Shown here piece after piece: positions 1 to 9,878 of a stretch of 64,000 bases of DNA (within the stretch, counting starts at the first letter, position 1; every line of letters begins with the position of its first letter). The notes under the pieces are model-generated. The model was given only the letters and a program-made list of their open reading frames with translations, had not been told where the DNA came from and did not search any database. The DNA comes from a virus. The position numbers and the translations under genes were made by a program. The DNA lies in IMG/VR virus record IMGVR_UViG_3300047089_000152, positions 32,001-96,000 of that record; one strand, 5' to 3'.

Positions 1-260
1 TGCCCGGAGGTAGCCCGGCAGGCTGACCCGGACCTGCGTCCCATCGACAAGATCGCTGGTGCCGCGTGTTACTGCGCGCACCAGCCCGGTTCGTGCCTGC
101 GCCCGGACCGGCAGGCAGACCCGAGGAGGGGAGCGTAGATGGCTAGGAAAATATGCCCGTACAAGTGGCCCAGCGCCGACGGGAAGCACACGCATTCCTG
201 CAAGTACCTAGAAGGTCACAAGCACGGGCATGAGTGCCTGTGCGGGGCGCTGCCCCGGTG

Positions 261-368
261 ATGGCCACTAAGGATAAATGCTGCCGTGGATGGTACCGGT
301 GCACGTGCGTCAAGACGTGTACCTGCCGGTGCGGGGCGTGCAGATGCTCCACGCGGAGACGCCGGTGA
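261..368 (+). CDS. small Cys-rich protein
   Basis: ATG261..TGA368, MATKDKCCRGWYRCTCVKTCTCRCGACRC; GTGA overlap with the next gene. Confidence 0.4.
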   Translation: MATKDKCCRGWYRCTCVKTCTCRCGACRCSTRRRR

Positions 369-1396
369 ATATCCCCTCGACCGCCGAACTTCTACTCCGC
401 GCCGACTGGGCGCGTCCCCGGTCTCGGCAGACAGCGCTGGGCATGTCCGACCTCGGTGGGTGTCGTCGCCGTGCCGGATATCAGCTGGCCGGTTACCAGC
501 CGGAGAAACCAAGCGGATCAATTCAAGCTGTCATTGGCACGGCAGTGCATGATGCCGTGGATGCCGCGCTGAAAAAGATGCGCGAAGACGGGATCATTCC
601 CGCCGACTCGGTCATCAACGAGGCCGTCTCGTTTGGTGGCGTCGTAGGGCACCCGGACCTTTATGTGGACGGGGTACTCAGGGATGTTAAAACTCTCGGG
701 TATGGGGCGCAGCTGGCGAACGCGAAGCTGTACGGTCCGAAGCGGCAGCATCTGTGGCAAGTCATGACGTACGCCGCAGCCTGTATCCTCGCGGACCGGC
801 CGGTGCGCACTGTCCAGATTGATTACCTTGTCAGGGATTCCGGTGAAAGCTGGATATGGGAAGGGCCGTTCGATTTCGGGCAGGTCCGCGAGGCGATGCA
901 GTGGCTGGAATCGGTGCGGGAAACGCCGCTGGAATTCCTCGCCAGGGATTACGCTCCAGATTCGGCGACATGCAAAGGCTGCCCGTTCTTCAACGCCTGC
1001 TGGGACGGCCACGTGGTCGACCGTGACGAACGATCCGTCCTGCTAGTCACCGATGACGACGCGGTGCAGTGGGCGCTGCGACTGGAAGTAGCCCGGGAAC
1101 GGATCAAGACGGCGAAAGAAGAAGAAGCCCTGTCGAAAGGCGCGCTCGACGGGCTACGCCCTAACGACAAGGGAAAGGCGGAAATAAAATTGACTGGCTA
1201 CCCGAAGACTCTGCGCTGGACAGTCACTACGCGGAAGAATCTGGACACCGAAGTAATAAAGCAAGATTATGCGAGGGGCGGCATTATGCCGCCCCTCGCA
1301 TCGAGCGAAAGCGTCCGGTTGGAGTTGCTCGCGCCGCGGGATGAGGATTTATCCTGCCTATCCAATCCCGGCCGCTCCATGCCAAGCCATGCCTAG
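365..1396 (+). CDS. Cas4-like / RecB-family PD-(D/E)XK exonuclease
   Basis: GTxxH, GHPD..DVKT, QxxxY motifs; Fe-S cysteines (GGCRR ... CKGCPFFNAC); GTG365 start. Confidence 0.85.
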   Translation: MNIPSTAELLLRADWARPRSRQTALGMSDLGGCRRRAGYQLAGYQPEKPSGSIQAVIGTAVHDAVDAALKKMREDGIIPADSVINEAVSFGGVVGHPDLYVDGVLRDVKTLGYGAQLANAKLYGPKRQHLWQVMTYAAACILADRPVRTVQIDYLVRDSGESWIWEGPFDFGQVREAMQWLESVRETPLEFLARDYAPDSATCKGCPFFNACWDGHVVDRDERSVLLVTDDDAVQWALRLEVARERIKTAKEEEALSKGALDGLRPNDKGKAEIKLTGYPKTLRWTVTTRKNLDTEVIKQDYARGGIMPPLASSESVRLELLAPRDEDLSCLSNPGRSMPSHA

Positions 1397-1413
1397 CCGC
1401 GCCTATCCCTTGC
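1351..1413 (-). ncRNA. satellite pentamer guide array S1 (11 pentamers + GGCA)
   Basis: minus strand GCAAG GGATA GGCGC GGCTA GGCAT GGCTT GGCAT GGAGC GGCCG GGATT GGATA GGCA; TATGAT -10 at 1426-1431(-). Confidence 0.7.
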
Positions 1414-1462
1414 TACGTTCATGGTATCATATAGGACGGGGAACGCACAAAAGGAGGTCGCT

Positions 1463-1690
1463 GTGGACGAGAGGGATGACTGGCTGGACCTGCCGCTGTC
1501 GGCTGAAGCGAAGCGGTTCATCGAGGCCACCCGGCAGGCCAGCATGACAGAACGCGAAACGATGATGGAATTCGCGGCCATCCTGTGCCGCTGCACTCCG
1601 TGGTATGACTACAGGAATCCGCGGGCTCCGCAAGAATCTTGCGTCGTGCATACAACAGTCATGTTTGACATGAAAGGCGGCTGGACGTGA
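1463..1690 (+). CDS. hypothetical protein
   Basis: AAGGAGG RBS before GTG1463. Confidence 0.6.
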   Translation: MDERDDWLDLPLSAEAKRFIEATRQASMTERETMMEFAAILCRCTPWYDYRNPRAPQESCVVHTTVMFDMKGGWT

Positions 1691-1800
1691 AATGCAGGCA
1701 CGAGAAGTGCGGCATCTGCGGGAAATGCTTCATCCGCAGGTGCCCCGCCCGGGGCTGCACGTGCAACGTGCCGTGGCCCGGAGGTACGTAACCTGCTTTC

Positions 1801-2139
1801 TCACGCGGGATTACCCCCGATCTTCGCCATGAATTCCTTGATGCCCCGGGCGGCCTTGTCTCGTCCCGACTCCGTGTCGAGGTCAGCGACGATGACACCC
1901 GTGGCGATCTTCCATATCCCCGGGGGGACGGGCGTGCCGGGCTGGACCAGGGCGAGTATCGGCTTATCCAGCATGATCGCCATGCCCAGCTCGACCGCGA
2001 ACTTGATGTCGACCTTCCCGGCTTCGGGGATCAGGGACATGACGTACGCGGATTCCTGCATCGCCTTGACGGTGTGCTCACGCTGGTGGGCGACGAATCT
2101 GTCCCATTCTGGGCCCTGCGCCCAGTCGCCGTCGTTCAT
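1801..2139 (-). CDS. hypothetical protein (possible nucleoside deoxyribosyltransferase-like fold)
   Basis: VELGMAIMLDKPI motif; GGAGG RBS. Confidence 0.5.
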   Translation of the reverse strand: MNDGDWAQGPEWDRFVAHQREHTVKAMQESAYVMSLIPEAGKVDIKFAVELGMAIMLDKPILALVQPGTPVPPGIWKIATGVIVADLDTESGRDKAARGIKEFMAKIGGNPA

Positions 2140-2155
2140 TGTTCCTCCGCTTGTT

Positions 2156-2497
2156 TCACCGTGTCAGGATTGAGACGGCCAGCGCGACCAGTACCAGGGT
2201 TACCGCCAGGGCGATGATGATGACAGCGAACGTCAGTGCGCGTGTCAGCGGGGGGGTGTCCGCGCTGGACCTCTTCCCGAGGATGGGCAGCCCCGACGCT
2301 GGCGTGGCGTTGGTGGCGACGGTCACGAAATCTTGCATTTCCTGTTCGGTCGGCGGGTCGTTGTTGAGCCGTTCCAGCGTGCGGACCACGGTGGGCTGGG
2401 ACACGCCGACCTCACTGGCGACCCGCCGGCCGGGCCATCCCAGGACCTTCGACAGAAGCCAGATGCGCATATCCACGGGGGAGGGCATCGTAGTCAT
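2156..2497 (-). CDS. HTH protein with C-terminal transmembrane helix
   Basis: RRVASEVGVSQPTVVR HTH; hydrophobic C-terminus. Confidence 0.6.
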   Translation of the reverse strand: MTTMPSPVDMRIWLLSKVLGWPGRRVASEVGVSQPTVVRTLERLNNDPPTEQEMQDFVTVATNATPASGLPILGKRSSADTPPLTRALTFAVIIIALAVTLVLVALAVSILTR

Positions 2498-3072
2498 TCA
2501 CCCTCCTGCTTTCCGCCTTCGGTGGCGTAATAGATGTCGTTTGAAGCTTCCTGGTACGCGGCGATTGCCTCGGCTTCTTCGGCTTCGCGGGCGAGGATGT
2601 CCCGTACGGGTTCGCCGTCGCGTGCTTCGGGGATGAGGACTTCGCCGGGTACCTGGAGGTCTTCGATGTCCAGGTTTGGTTTACCGCGTTCGGTGCGGGC
2701 ATAGTTCAGCGCGTCGATCAGCTTCCGCAGCGTGGTGATCTTCGGTCGTTTACGACCGCCGGTTTCCAGCTTGGCGATTTCGTCGCGGGACACGCCGATA
2801 CGCAGGCCGGGTTTGCTGAGGTCGACACCGGCTGCGGTGAGCATGGTGCGGAGGGTCTGGACGGCCTGGCCGGGGTGTTCAAGTACCTGTACCTGGTCTC
2901 CAGGCTTCACGTCGTGGGCTGCGGCTAGCTTGGCCAGGTCCAGTGCCTGGGATAGGTGTGCTAGCTCGATACGTTCAAGCATGGCGCTTTTACGGGCGGC
3001 AGCCATCCGTTCCGGGTCTACCATGACACCGATGGCTGGCCGGGTCAGGCGGGGCGCGTCTGGCTGTGTCAT
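2494..3072 (-). CDS. XRE-like HTH DNA-binding protein
   Basis: GVSRDEIAKLETGGRKRPKITTLRKLIDAL. Confidence 0.65.
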   Translation of the reverse strand: MTQPDAPRLTRPAIGVMVDPERMAAARKSAMLERIELAHLSQALDLAKLAAAHDVKPGDQVQVLEHPGQAVQTLRTMLTAAGVDLSKPGLRIGVSRDEIAKLETGGRKRPKITTLRKLIDALNYARTERGKPNLDIEDLQVPGEVLIPEARDGEPVRDILAREAEEAEAIAAYQEASNDIYYATEGGKQEGE

Positions 3073-3190
3073 CCTTAAATGGTACCAGGTTGGACGGGGA
3101 CGGTACACGGCACGGTTTCCCTACCCTAGGACAGCGTGATACAGTAGAGGTACAAGACGGTATCCGCTACCGAGGAAGAAACCAACCCAC

Positions 3191-3565
3191 ATGGCACTCA
3201 CAAACGCCGCGTCCGGTGCAGACCACCTCGTCTCCCTAGACGACGAACGGCTGTCCTGCAAAGGCGACCGGCACAACTTCCCCAAACTCCGCGTCGGCAC
3301 CCTCCCCGCAGGGATGACCGCGCGAACCGTCCGCAGCGGCGTCTACCAGCTCACCTACATCTGCCCCGACTGCGGGACGGTACGACAGAAAACCACGCAG
3401 CGCGGCGGCCTCGTCGGCAACGCCAAGTACACCTACCAGCACCCCCCAGGCTACCTCGCCCCGAAAGGCGCGGGCCTCACCAAAAGCGACTACACCGCGG
3501 AACTCGCCCGCCGCGCAGCCCCCTACATCCGCGAAGCCGGGCGGCGTGAACAGGTGACAGCATGA
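3191..3565 (+). CDS. hypothetical Zn-ribbon protein
   Basis: CxGxRH and CPDCG motifs; upstream TGA-TACAGT promoter-like site. Confidence 0.6.
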   Translation: MALTNAASGADHLVSLDDERLSCKGDRHNFPKLRVGTLPAGMTARTVRSGVYQLTYICPDCGTVRQKTTQRGGLVGNAKYTYQHPPGYLAPKGAGLTKSDYTAELARRAAPYIREAGRREQVTA

Positions 3566-3969
3566 GAGAACTACAGCTCATCCTGTCCGACGACCTCACC
3601 TACGCGCAAACCGGTGAGCGGGTCCCCGCCGACGAAACCGTCGTGCTCGCTTTCGACGGGAAAACACGTGAACTGGACCTCACCAGCGAACACGCGAAAG
3701 AACTCCGCGACCTCATCGGCCCGTACCTCGAAGCCGGGCACCACCCCACCCCGCAGGCTTCCAAACCCCCGCCCGGCGTCGAAAGAGAAGAAAGTTCCAT
3801 CACCGTGGCCCGCGCCCGGCAGCAGCTCATCCGCGACTGGGCCGACGCCCGCGGGATGCGATCCCCCGACGGGAAACGACCCGTCTACCGGACTGAAAGC
3901 GGTGGATATTATTATTCGTATCGGCTGATGCGGCAATACGAAGCGCACCTGGCATCGCAAGGCGAATAG
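3562..3969 (+). CDS. lsr2: Lsr2-like nucleoid-associated protein
   Basis: DDL..ADETVVLAFDG..ELDLTSEHAKELRDLIGPYLEAG dimerisation domain; IRDWA..G. Confidence 0.8.
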   Translation: MRELQLILSDDLTYAQTGERVPADETVVLAFDGKTRELDLTSEHAKELRDLIGPYLEAGHHPTPQASKPPPGVEREESSITVARARQQLIRDWADARGMRSPDGKRPVYRTESGGYYYSYRLMRQYEAHLASQGE

Positions 3970-3971
3970 CG

Positions 3972-4184
3972 TCAGCCGAACACGGCTGAGCGGGCGCGGA
4001 GAAACTTGCGGGCGCAGAGTACGGGGTCTTTACCGATGCGGGCGAAGCCGATCGCAAGGTCGGCGGCTTTCTGCGGTGCGACTCCTCCCGCAACGAGCAC
4101 ATCGTATGCTTCTTCGACGCCCGGGGCCGGGGTGAGTATTGTGATGCCGCTCACCCCGGCCACGAATATCCGCATCCCGTCCAT
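3972..4184 (-). CDS. hypothetical protein
   Basis: compact ORF in a minus-strand run. Confidence 0.45.
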   Translation of the reverse strand: MDGMRIFVAGVSGITILTPAPGVEEAYDVLVAGGVAPQKAADLAIGFARIGKDPVLCARKFLRARSAVFG

Positions 4185-4363
4185 CAGAACAGTGGCGTCT
4201 CTTCGTACCCTGGCATGACAGAGTTGACCCGCACCAGGTCCCAGCCGCCACCGGCGTCTATCTCAGCCTGGGCGGCCTCGTCGGTGACCGGTATCCACAC
4301 GTGGCCGGCGACACGGTACCAGCCGTCTTCCCGGGGAGCCTCGGGGATAGTCATGGGCCGATA

Positions 4364-4789
4364 CTACTCCGTCACCACGATCTGAATACCCGCACACTCG
4401 TCAGTCAACAGGACTGGCCCGGCAGGCCACAAGGTGTGCGCTACGGGTATCTCGGCTGGGTCCTGGTAGCGGCCGGTCAGCCACCCTTGCTCCAGCGCCT
4501 CGGCGGGATGACCATGAACCCACCTGTGACACGCCGCGCACAACGTGACACGGTTGCAGGCGCGTTCGTCGCTGCCCGCCGACCTGAGCATTCTGTGGTG
4601 CACGTGCAGGTCGCGTGTGCTCCCGTCACGTGCGCACCGGTTCCCGTCGCGTTGGCGAATCTCCGCGTCGGGCACGTTCACCACAGCGTAACCACCCCGT
4701 CGCAGGTTATCTGTATAATGGTATGTATGAGTACCAAAGAAATCTGTGTGCGGAAGGCACGCTATTCTTCCGTGCTCAGCTGCAAGCAC
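4364..4789 (-). CDS. HNH endonuclease (start may be downstream, ~4684)
   Basis: RDGNRC...HVHHR...N.VTLCAACHRWVH. Confidence 0.8.
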   Translation of the reverse strand: MLAAEHGRIACLPHTDFFGTHTYHYTDNLRRGGYAVVNVPDAEIRQRDGNRCARDGSTRDLHVHHRMLRSAGSDERACNRVTLCAACHRWVHGHPAEALEQGWLTGRYQDPAEIPVAHTLWPAGPVLLTDECAGIQIVVTE

Positions 4790-4795
4790 TACGTT

Positions 4796-5158
4796 CTAGT
4801 CGGCCAGCCTATCTTCCGTGTCGAGGGACGGTGGATCTGCAAGGAATGCTTCTGGGTGTAACCGGCCCACAGCCCGGTGCCGGGCGTCATCTGACGCCCG
4901 GTCAACGATGACCGCCAGCTGGTCTACGACTTTTTGCTGCGCGATCCTGGCCCGTTTGGCTTTACGCCGCTTACCGATCTCCACCCACCGTTCCCGTTCC
5001 TGTTCACGTGACCTGTCCATCGAAAGGGTCGACCGGCACTGCCCGGTGTGACCGGCGGGCCGCCCGCACGCGGGCGGGTCCAGGAGTGCACCCCAGATTT
5101 TTTCGTAACGGATCATTTCCCGGCCGCACCGTGGTGTCACGCCGTGCTGGTTGGGCAT
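4796..5158 (-). CDS. hypothetical protein
   Basis: CGRPAGHTGQC motif; ATG5158. Confidence 0.5.
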   Translation of the reverse strand: MPNQHGVTPRCGREMIRYEKIWGALLDPPACGRPAGHTGQCRSTLSMDRSREQERERWVEIGKRRKAKRARIAQQKVVDQLAVIVDRASDDARHRAVGRLHPEAFLADPPSLDTEDRLAD

Positions 5159-5589
5159 GCGCACCCCGCGACGTGAACCATGCCACCCAGCGGAGACCGG
5201 TAACACAACCGGTGCGGCTCCAACCGGGTCCAGTCCGGGCGGCCCGAAACCGCGGGGCGGGGAAGCGGAATACCCGGCCTGGCGTGCCGGTCACACTCCG
5301 CGAAATCCCACTCGTACACGGTGGCATGACACAACGGGCATTTGCGGTTCTGCCGCAGCTGCTGGTACCGCAGCGGGTGGCATTGCGGGCAGCGGGACAC
5401 CGTGTGCCCCATGTCGATCAGCCTGGTGGCCTCGTCACAGTACGAACACCAAGTTTCGGGTGCGCCGCGCGGGGTAGCCGGTGGTCGCGGTGCCTCGCGT
5501 GGCCTGGTGACCTCCTGCTGTTTCGCCTGCAACCGGGGGCAGTTCTTCCCCATGTGGTCGTCTTCGCCGCAGTAGAAACAGTTCGTCAC
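5137..5589 (-). CDS. zinc-knuckle / Cys-rich protein
   Basis: CFYCGEDDHMGKNC (CCHC) plus several CxxC; GTGA overlap with upstream gene. Confidence 0.65.
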   Translation of the reverse strand: MTNCFYCGEDDHMGKNCPRLQAKQQEVTRPREAPRPPATPRGAPETWCSYCDEATRLIDMGHTVSRCPQCHPLRYQQLRQNRKCPLCHATVYEWDFAECDRHARPGIPLPRPAVSGRPDWTRLEPHRLCYRSPLGGMVHVAGCACPTSTA

Positions 5590-6233
5590 AGGCTGGTCCC
5601 TCCGGGCTCCGGGTGGTACGGCGTCACGTGCCTGGGGCATTTGCACACGCCGGGCCGGATACCCTCCATGATCTGCCGGACCCGTTCCCTGGTCACGTCG
5701 AAGACCCCGCCGATCTCGTCCAGGGTACACCCCGCGGCGCGCAGCTCCCTGATCACCCGTTCCCGCACGCACACCGGCGTGGTAGCCGGTTCATATTCCA
5801 CGTAAGCCTGCGTGATCAGCAACTTCTGACCCCGCCGTTTCTCCCGCAGCTCCGCGTTCCGCTGGGCCACCTCCGCGTCCCGGGCTGCCCGCAGCCCCTC
5901 GGCCATACCCGACGCCAGGTACCCGACACCCTCCTCGGTGATGAACCACCGGTAGGTGGGAACGTTGTTGTAGTACGGGGACGGTTCCTTACCCCCCCGA
6001 CGGGTGCGGCCACGGCCGGTCTGCCGTTCCAGGATCTGATTCGTCCACGTCAACCGGCGTTGCAGGTTCGACATCGACGGGGTCGTGACCTTCCCCTTGA
6101 CCGGTTTGAACGGCGGGTCGGGGATGGTGAACTGCCGGGCCATGTCACCAGCGAGAAGACCCTGTTCGCCTGCTTCCTTCAACAGTTCCAGGACGCGGCG
6201 GGGGTTGGGTGGGTTGTGCGTTGACTCTGACAT
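5586..6233 (-). CDS. DNA-binding protein with sigma-70 region 4-like HTH
   Basis: TLDEIGGVFDVTRERVRQI. Confidence 0.7.
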   Translation of the reverse strand: MSESTHNPPNPRRVLELLKEAGEQGLLAGDMARQFTIPDPPFKPVKGKVTTPSMSNLQRRLTWTNQILERQTGRGRTRRGGKEPSPYYNNVPTYRWFITEEGVGYLASGMAEGLRAARDAEVAQRNAELREKRRGQKLLITQAYVEYEPATTPVCVRERVIRELRAAGCTLDEIGGVFDVTRERVRQIMEGIRPGVCKCPRHVTPYHPEPGGTSL

Positions 6234-6485
6234 ACCGTTGACCGTAACCTCACCATGCTGGTCGTGTCAACCGGACGGGAACCGTAGCAGCGAAGAGAGG
6301 TAGCAGTGAGTACGAGAGAGTGTCTCAGCAAGAGCGGACAGTGCCTGAAATCCGTCTCCGCGAACGTCAGGGATCACCCTGCCTGCGTGGACGGGTGCGA
6401 GATGTTCCGGCATGTCCACGACGAGAACCTGAACTGCCTGGCCTGCTATTACGGTGAGCCGCCCCAGTTCTCGGACGACCCCCAG

Positions 6486-6635
6486 TTACTTGTCCTTGGG
6501 TTTCTTCTCCTGCGCAGGTTTGGCATGCGGGCCCTTCGGGCTGTCCGCGTCACGACGCCGCTGGAGGTAGCTGCCGCGCGTTTTCCGCGTGGACGCGCCT
6601 CCCTTGGTCTGCTTCCCCTTCTTTTTCTTACCCAT
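6486..6635 (-). CDS. small basic protein (49 aa)
   Basis: MGKKKKGKQTKGGASTRKTRGSYLQRRRD...KKPKDK; AAGGGAG RBS. Confidence 0.5.
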   Translation of the reverse strand: MGKKKKGKQTKGGASTRKTRGSYLQRRRDADSPKGPHAKPAQEKKPKDK

Positions 6636-7082
6636 GAGACCGCGCTCCCTTCCTGCGGCGGTGACGGATGACGACCCGGGCGTGCCAGCGGTTCATCTTC
6701 CTCCGCAGCCTGCGTTTCTCCGCTTTCACCCTGACTTGCCGAGCGTAGACGTAGCCTTGCATCACAACCTCCATGTACGTTGGTCCCCTGGTCCAGGTGT
6801 CCACCGTAACCCGAATCCTACGTTGACCTGGGTTTTCGCAAGTAAGCAACGCTCTTTGTTGCGCTGCTCTTAGGACCTTGACCTTGATGGTCAGCGGAGC
6901 TGACCGTTAGGGCAGAGCCGCGGCCCGCTGTTCAGTTGTCCAGGCATGGTGATCTGAGACACGGTGGCCGTCTCTTGTCCGTTCCGTGTCCTACGTGATA
7001 CTATGGGCATGCCGAAGTGCCAGCCCCATCTTCGCACGGTCCGGGGGCGCCCCGCAAGGGGTTCGGGCCGTGCTTCAACTTT

Positions 7083-7119
7083 TGGCAGGATCTCACGGTC
7101 GTGGCAGGATCTCACGGTC
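7083..7119 (+). repeat. tandem direct repeat TGGCAGGATCTCACGGTC x2 upstream of a promoter
   Basis: copies at 7083-7100 and 7102-7119, just before TGG-TACACT. Confidence 0.6.
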
Positions 7120-7143
7120 AGACGCCAGTGGTACACTAAAGGT

Positions 7144-7740
7144 ATGGCCGACGACTATGAGTTCTACAGGCGGGAAGGTCGACTCGATCACGCACAGCAG
7201 GTACTGCTTGGTGACCTAGAAGCGCGGCGAGAACTTCAGGAGTCGATCAACGATCTCCGCCGTGAGCATTGGGAGCTAAAAAAGCAAGTCACCGAAGCTG
7301 CCGAACAGCTGAGGCTGACACAACTCAAGTATCACACCGTCAGCACCGAACTTGCGATACGCATGCAGCTTGCTGACGAGCTACCACGCTACGAGCACTG
7401 GGCCATCGACCTGATCAGGTCGATGGCAACATTCGACCGGCGTCACCAGAAGTGGGAAAATTGCCCGGAGATCGAAGGTGTCTACGTCCTATACCAGGAC
7501 GAAGAACTACTCTACGTCGGCGAAGCCGCTAACATCCGCAAGCGACTGCGGAACCACCCGCAGCGCGGGTTCACGACAGTAAGGTACTGCGAAGTGCTCG
7601 GCGGCAAAGACGCTCGCTGCGCGACCGAAACCAAGCTTGTCAGAGCGCTGAACCCTGCTGGCAACGGTCGGGAGACCAGAGGCACTGTGATAGTTAAGCC
7701 CCTGGATGTTACGAGCGGTATGCGTATCCCAGTTCGCTGA
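7144..7740 (+). CDS. coiled-coil + GIY-YIG nuclease domain protein
   Basis: GVYVLY...LLYVGEAANIRKRLRNH...E.KLVRALNP.GN; ATG right after a -10 box. Confidence 0.75.
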   Translation: MADDYEFYRREGRLDHAQQVLLGDLEARRELQESINDLRREHWELKKQVTEAAEQLRLTQLKYHTVSTELAIRMQLADELPRYEHWAIDLIRSMATFDRRHQKWENCPEIEGVYVLYQDEELLYVGEAANIRKRLRNHPQRGFTTVRYCEVLGGKDARCATETKLVRALNPAGNGRETRGTVIVKPLDVTSGMRIPVR

Positions 7741-7768
7741 GTTTCTTGTCCCGCGTAGGCTGACCCGC

Positions 7769-8149
7769 ATGAAAACCTTGCTTCTCGCCGTCATGGTCAC
7801 GGTGTCGGCCGCTGCATGCTCCAGTAGCAGCACGACAAGCACCCCGCCACCAGCACCGACGTCCGCGACACCAAGCCTGTCGTCAGCGGCACCGTCGCAC
7901 ACCAAGACGCCCACACCGGCACCAACGCATACCCGCGCGGCAACTCCACCACCGACACGGACACGTGCCGCAGCGCCGCCTCCGGCCCCAGCTCCAGTGT
8001 CCTGCCACCCCACCAGCAGCACCGGGCACTGCTACAAGCCCGGCCAGTTCTGCCCGCAGGCTGACCACGGACTGACAGGAAATACCGCGTCCGGTGAGTC
8101 CATCACCTGCCGGTACGTCAGCGGCCGGTGGCACTGGGAACCATCCTGA
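7769..8149 (+). CDS. lipoprotein, Pro/Thr-rich
   Basis: signal peptide with SAAAC lipobox; C-terminal CY.PGQFC domain. Confidence 0.75.
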   Translation: MKTLLLAVMVTVSAAACSSSSTTSTPPPAPTSATPSLSSAAPSHTKTPTPAPTHTRAATPPPTRTRAAAPPPAPAPVSCHPTSSTGHCYKPGQFCPQADHGLTGNTASGESITCRYVSGRWHWEPS

Positions 8150-8236
8150 GACAATGATGGTACACTGTAGGTACGACAAGGGGTAAGTAGGTCGCCGCAG
8201 GGTGGCCGCATGCCCCCGGATCTGGAGGAAAAAAAG

Positions 8237-8656
8237 ATGGTGCGTGTATGGCAAGTTCGTCACACCTTCACATCCAGTAATGGTGAGACATACCGTAATG
8301 AAAAGGGAGGCGAGGTCGGTATAGAAACAAAGCCCGGAAGTCCGATCTGGGTCAAACCAGATGACCTCGATGAATTGATCGAGTCGCTCCTGGAAGTAAA
8401 AAACCATCCTGTGGAGCCATACAAGGCACCGGGATTCAGAGAAAGAACCAGCAGTGACGAGCAGATCGTGCGAGTGGATGGTGGTTACGCCTACACATGG
8501 CCAGGCGAGCCGCTCGCGATCGGTGACCGTGTACTGCTTCCCGAGAACTGGCTCAGTGCCGTGAAACACGGTCACGGACCGTTCCAGGGAACGGTAACAG
8601 GCTTCGGCACCGACTACGACGGTGTAATGTCAGCCGTTATCAAAAAGATCGACTGA
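8237..8656 (+). CDS. hypothetical protein
   Basis: GGAGG RBS; upstream TGG-TACACT-GTAGGTAC promoter. Confidence 0.6.
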   Translation: MVRVWQVRHTFTSSNGETYRNEKGGEVGIETKPGSPIWVKPDDLDELIESLLEVKNHPVEPYKAPGFRERTSSDEQIVRVDGGYAYTWPGEPLAIGDRVLLPENWLSAVKHGHGPFQGTVTGFGTDYDGVMSAVIKKID

Positions 8657-8682
8657 CGGGGGCGGCGGGGGGCCTTACTTGC

Positions 8683-8730
8683 CTTGTGCGAAGCAACTAC
8701 CTGACCTGGGACGCTAAGCGTACACCTGTG
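8683..8730 (+). repeat. 48-bp direct repeat, copy 1
   Basis: 45/48 identical to 9818-9865. Confidence 0.85.
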
Positions 8731-8748
8731 AAGGGGTATGCTGGTGAC

Positions 8749-9078
8749 ATGGCCAAAGGAAACCTCCCGTTCGAGTCCCTCACCGCGGCGACAGCCGCAG
8801 GTCCCGGAGCTGTGAACGACCTGCAAGACACCCTCGCGCTGCATTCGCTGACAGCCCAGATAACCGACTTTGCCGGTACAGGAAACTGGACGATCAGGCT
8901 GGAAGCCTCACTTGACAACGTAAACTTCGTGGCATTGCAGAGCCAGACCCTCAACGAAGACGTCAACATTCACTTCGTCGGCGTGGTCACCTTCCCCGCC
9001 CGGTACGTCCGCGCTAACCTACTCCTAGACTCCGGGGTGACGAGCATCACGGTTACCGCCTGGGTGGCAAGCGCCTGA
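8749..9078 (+). CDS. hypothetical beta-rich protein
   Basis: LEASLDNVNF..PARYVRAN pattern. Confidence 0.55.
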   Translation: MAKGNLPFESLTAATAAGPGAVNDLQDTLALHSLTAQITDFAGTGNWTIRLEASLDNVNFVALQSQTLNEDVNIHFVGVVTFPARYVRANLLLDSGVTSITVTAWVASA

Positions 9079-9081
9079 GCT

Positions 9082-9795
9082 GTGATGATCGCCCACTTCT
9101 ACCACACGTGGGTCGACGGCGAATGGGAACGCCCCGCTGCCGCGCATGTGATGGCTATGGGTGCGGCCGGTTTGCGCCCGGACGTGTTCGCGGTCGGGGT
9201 TGTGGGTTCGGCGGAACGACGTAAGGCCGCGCGGGGCTGGTGGCGTAAGGCTGCCGTGGCTGATTCGGTTGAGTTCACCGAAGCCGACGCCGGGTACGAG
9301 CAGGTGACGTTGCGGCGGTTGCGGGAATGGGTGGCTACAGCGGATCCGGCCACCCCAGTGCTGTACGCGCATTCTAAGGGTGCATACAACCTGTCACCGA
9401 TCACGGCGGTACACCGGGACGCTATGACATCAGGTGTGGTACGGCGATGGCGTGGAGCCGTCGCCGCGCTGACGGACCACGACGTGGCAGGCTGTTTCTG
9501 GAGCCTGGGGACACAGCCGCATTTCACGGGGAATTTCTGGTGGGCGCGGGCGGGGTATCTGGCTGGCCTGCCGGTGGTCGCGGATACGGACCGGTTCGCG
9601 GCGGAGTTGTGGTTGGGTCAGGATGACCCGGCTTGGTGTGAGCTGGGGGAATTCACTTATGCGGAGATGTGTGAAGCGGTGCTGGGGCGGCCAGAGTTGG
9701 ACGCTCCGGGGTTGGTGATGCCTCCGGGCGTGTCCCTGCTGGGGTCTCCGGCACCTGCCGCAACGATTCCGTATGGCCGGGCCGAGCGTATGTGA
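9082..9795 (+). CDS. glycosyltransferase-like protein
   Basis: YEQVTL..LYAHSKG..HFTGNFWWAR..RF.AE.W pattern typical of viral GT-like proteins. Confidence 0.55.
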   Translation: MMIAHFYHTWVDGEWERPAAAHVMAMGAAGLRPDVFAVGVVGSAERRKAARGWWRKAAVADSVEFTEADAGYEQVTLRRLREWVATADPATPVLYAHSKGAYNLSPITAVHRDAMTSGVVRRWRGAVAALTDHDVAGCFWSLGTQPHFTGNFWWARAGYLAGLPVVADTDRFAAELWLGQDDPAWCELGEFTYAEMCEAVLGRPELDAPGLVMPPGVSLLGSPAPAATIPYGRAERM

Positions 9796-9817
9796 GGTGC
9801 CAATAGTATTTGCTTTG

Positions 9818-9865
9818 CTTGTGCGAAGCAATTAACCGACCTGGGACGCTAAGCGTACACCTGTG
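9818..9865 (+). repeat. 48-bp direct repeat, copy 2
   Basis: see copy 1; runs into TGG-TACAAT promoter. Confidence 0.85.
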
Positions 9866-9878
9866 GTACAATAGACCT

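Noticed and set aside
365-1396. Cas4-like gene as the adaptation module of the guide system
   Set aside because: Such nucleases are common stand-alone phage genes; it is ~10 kb from the locus and no cas1/cas2 is present
1172-1413. S1 matching GKAEIKLTGYP in the Cas4-like gene
   Set aside because: Only about 12/22 nt; not distinguishable from chance by eye
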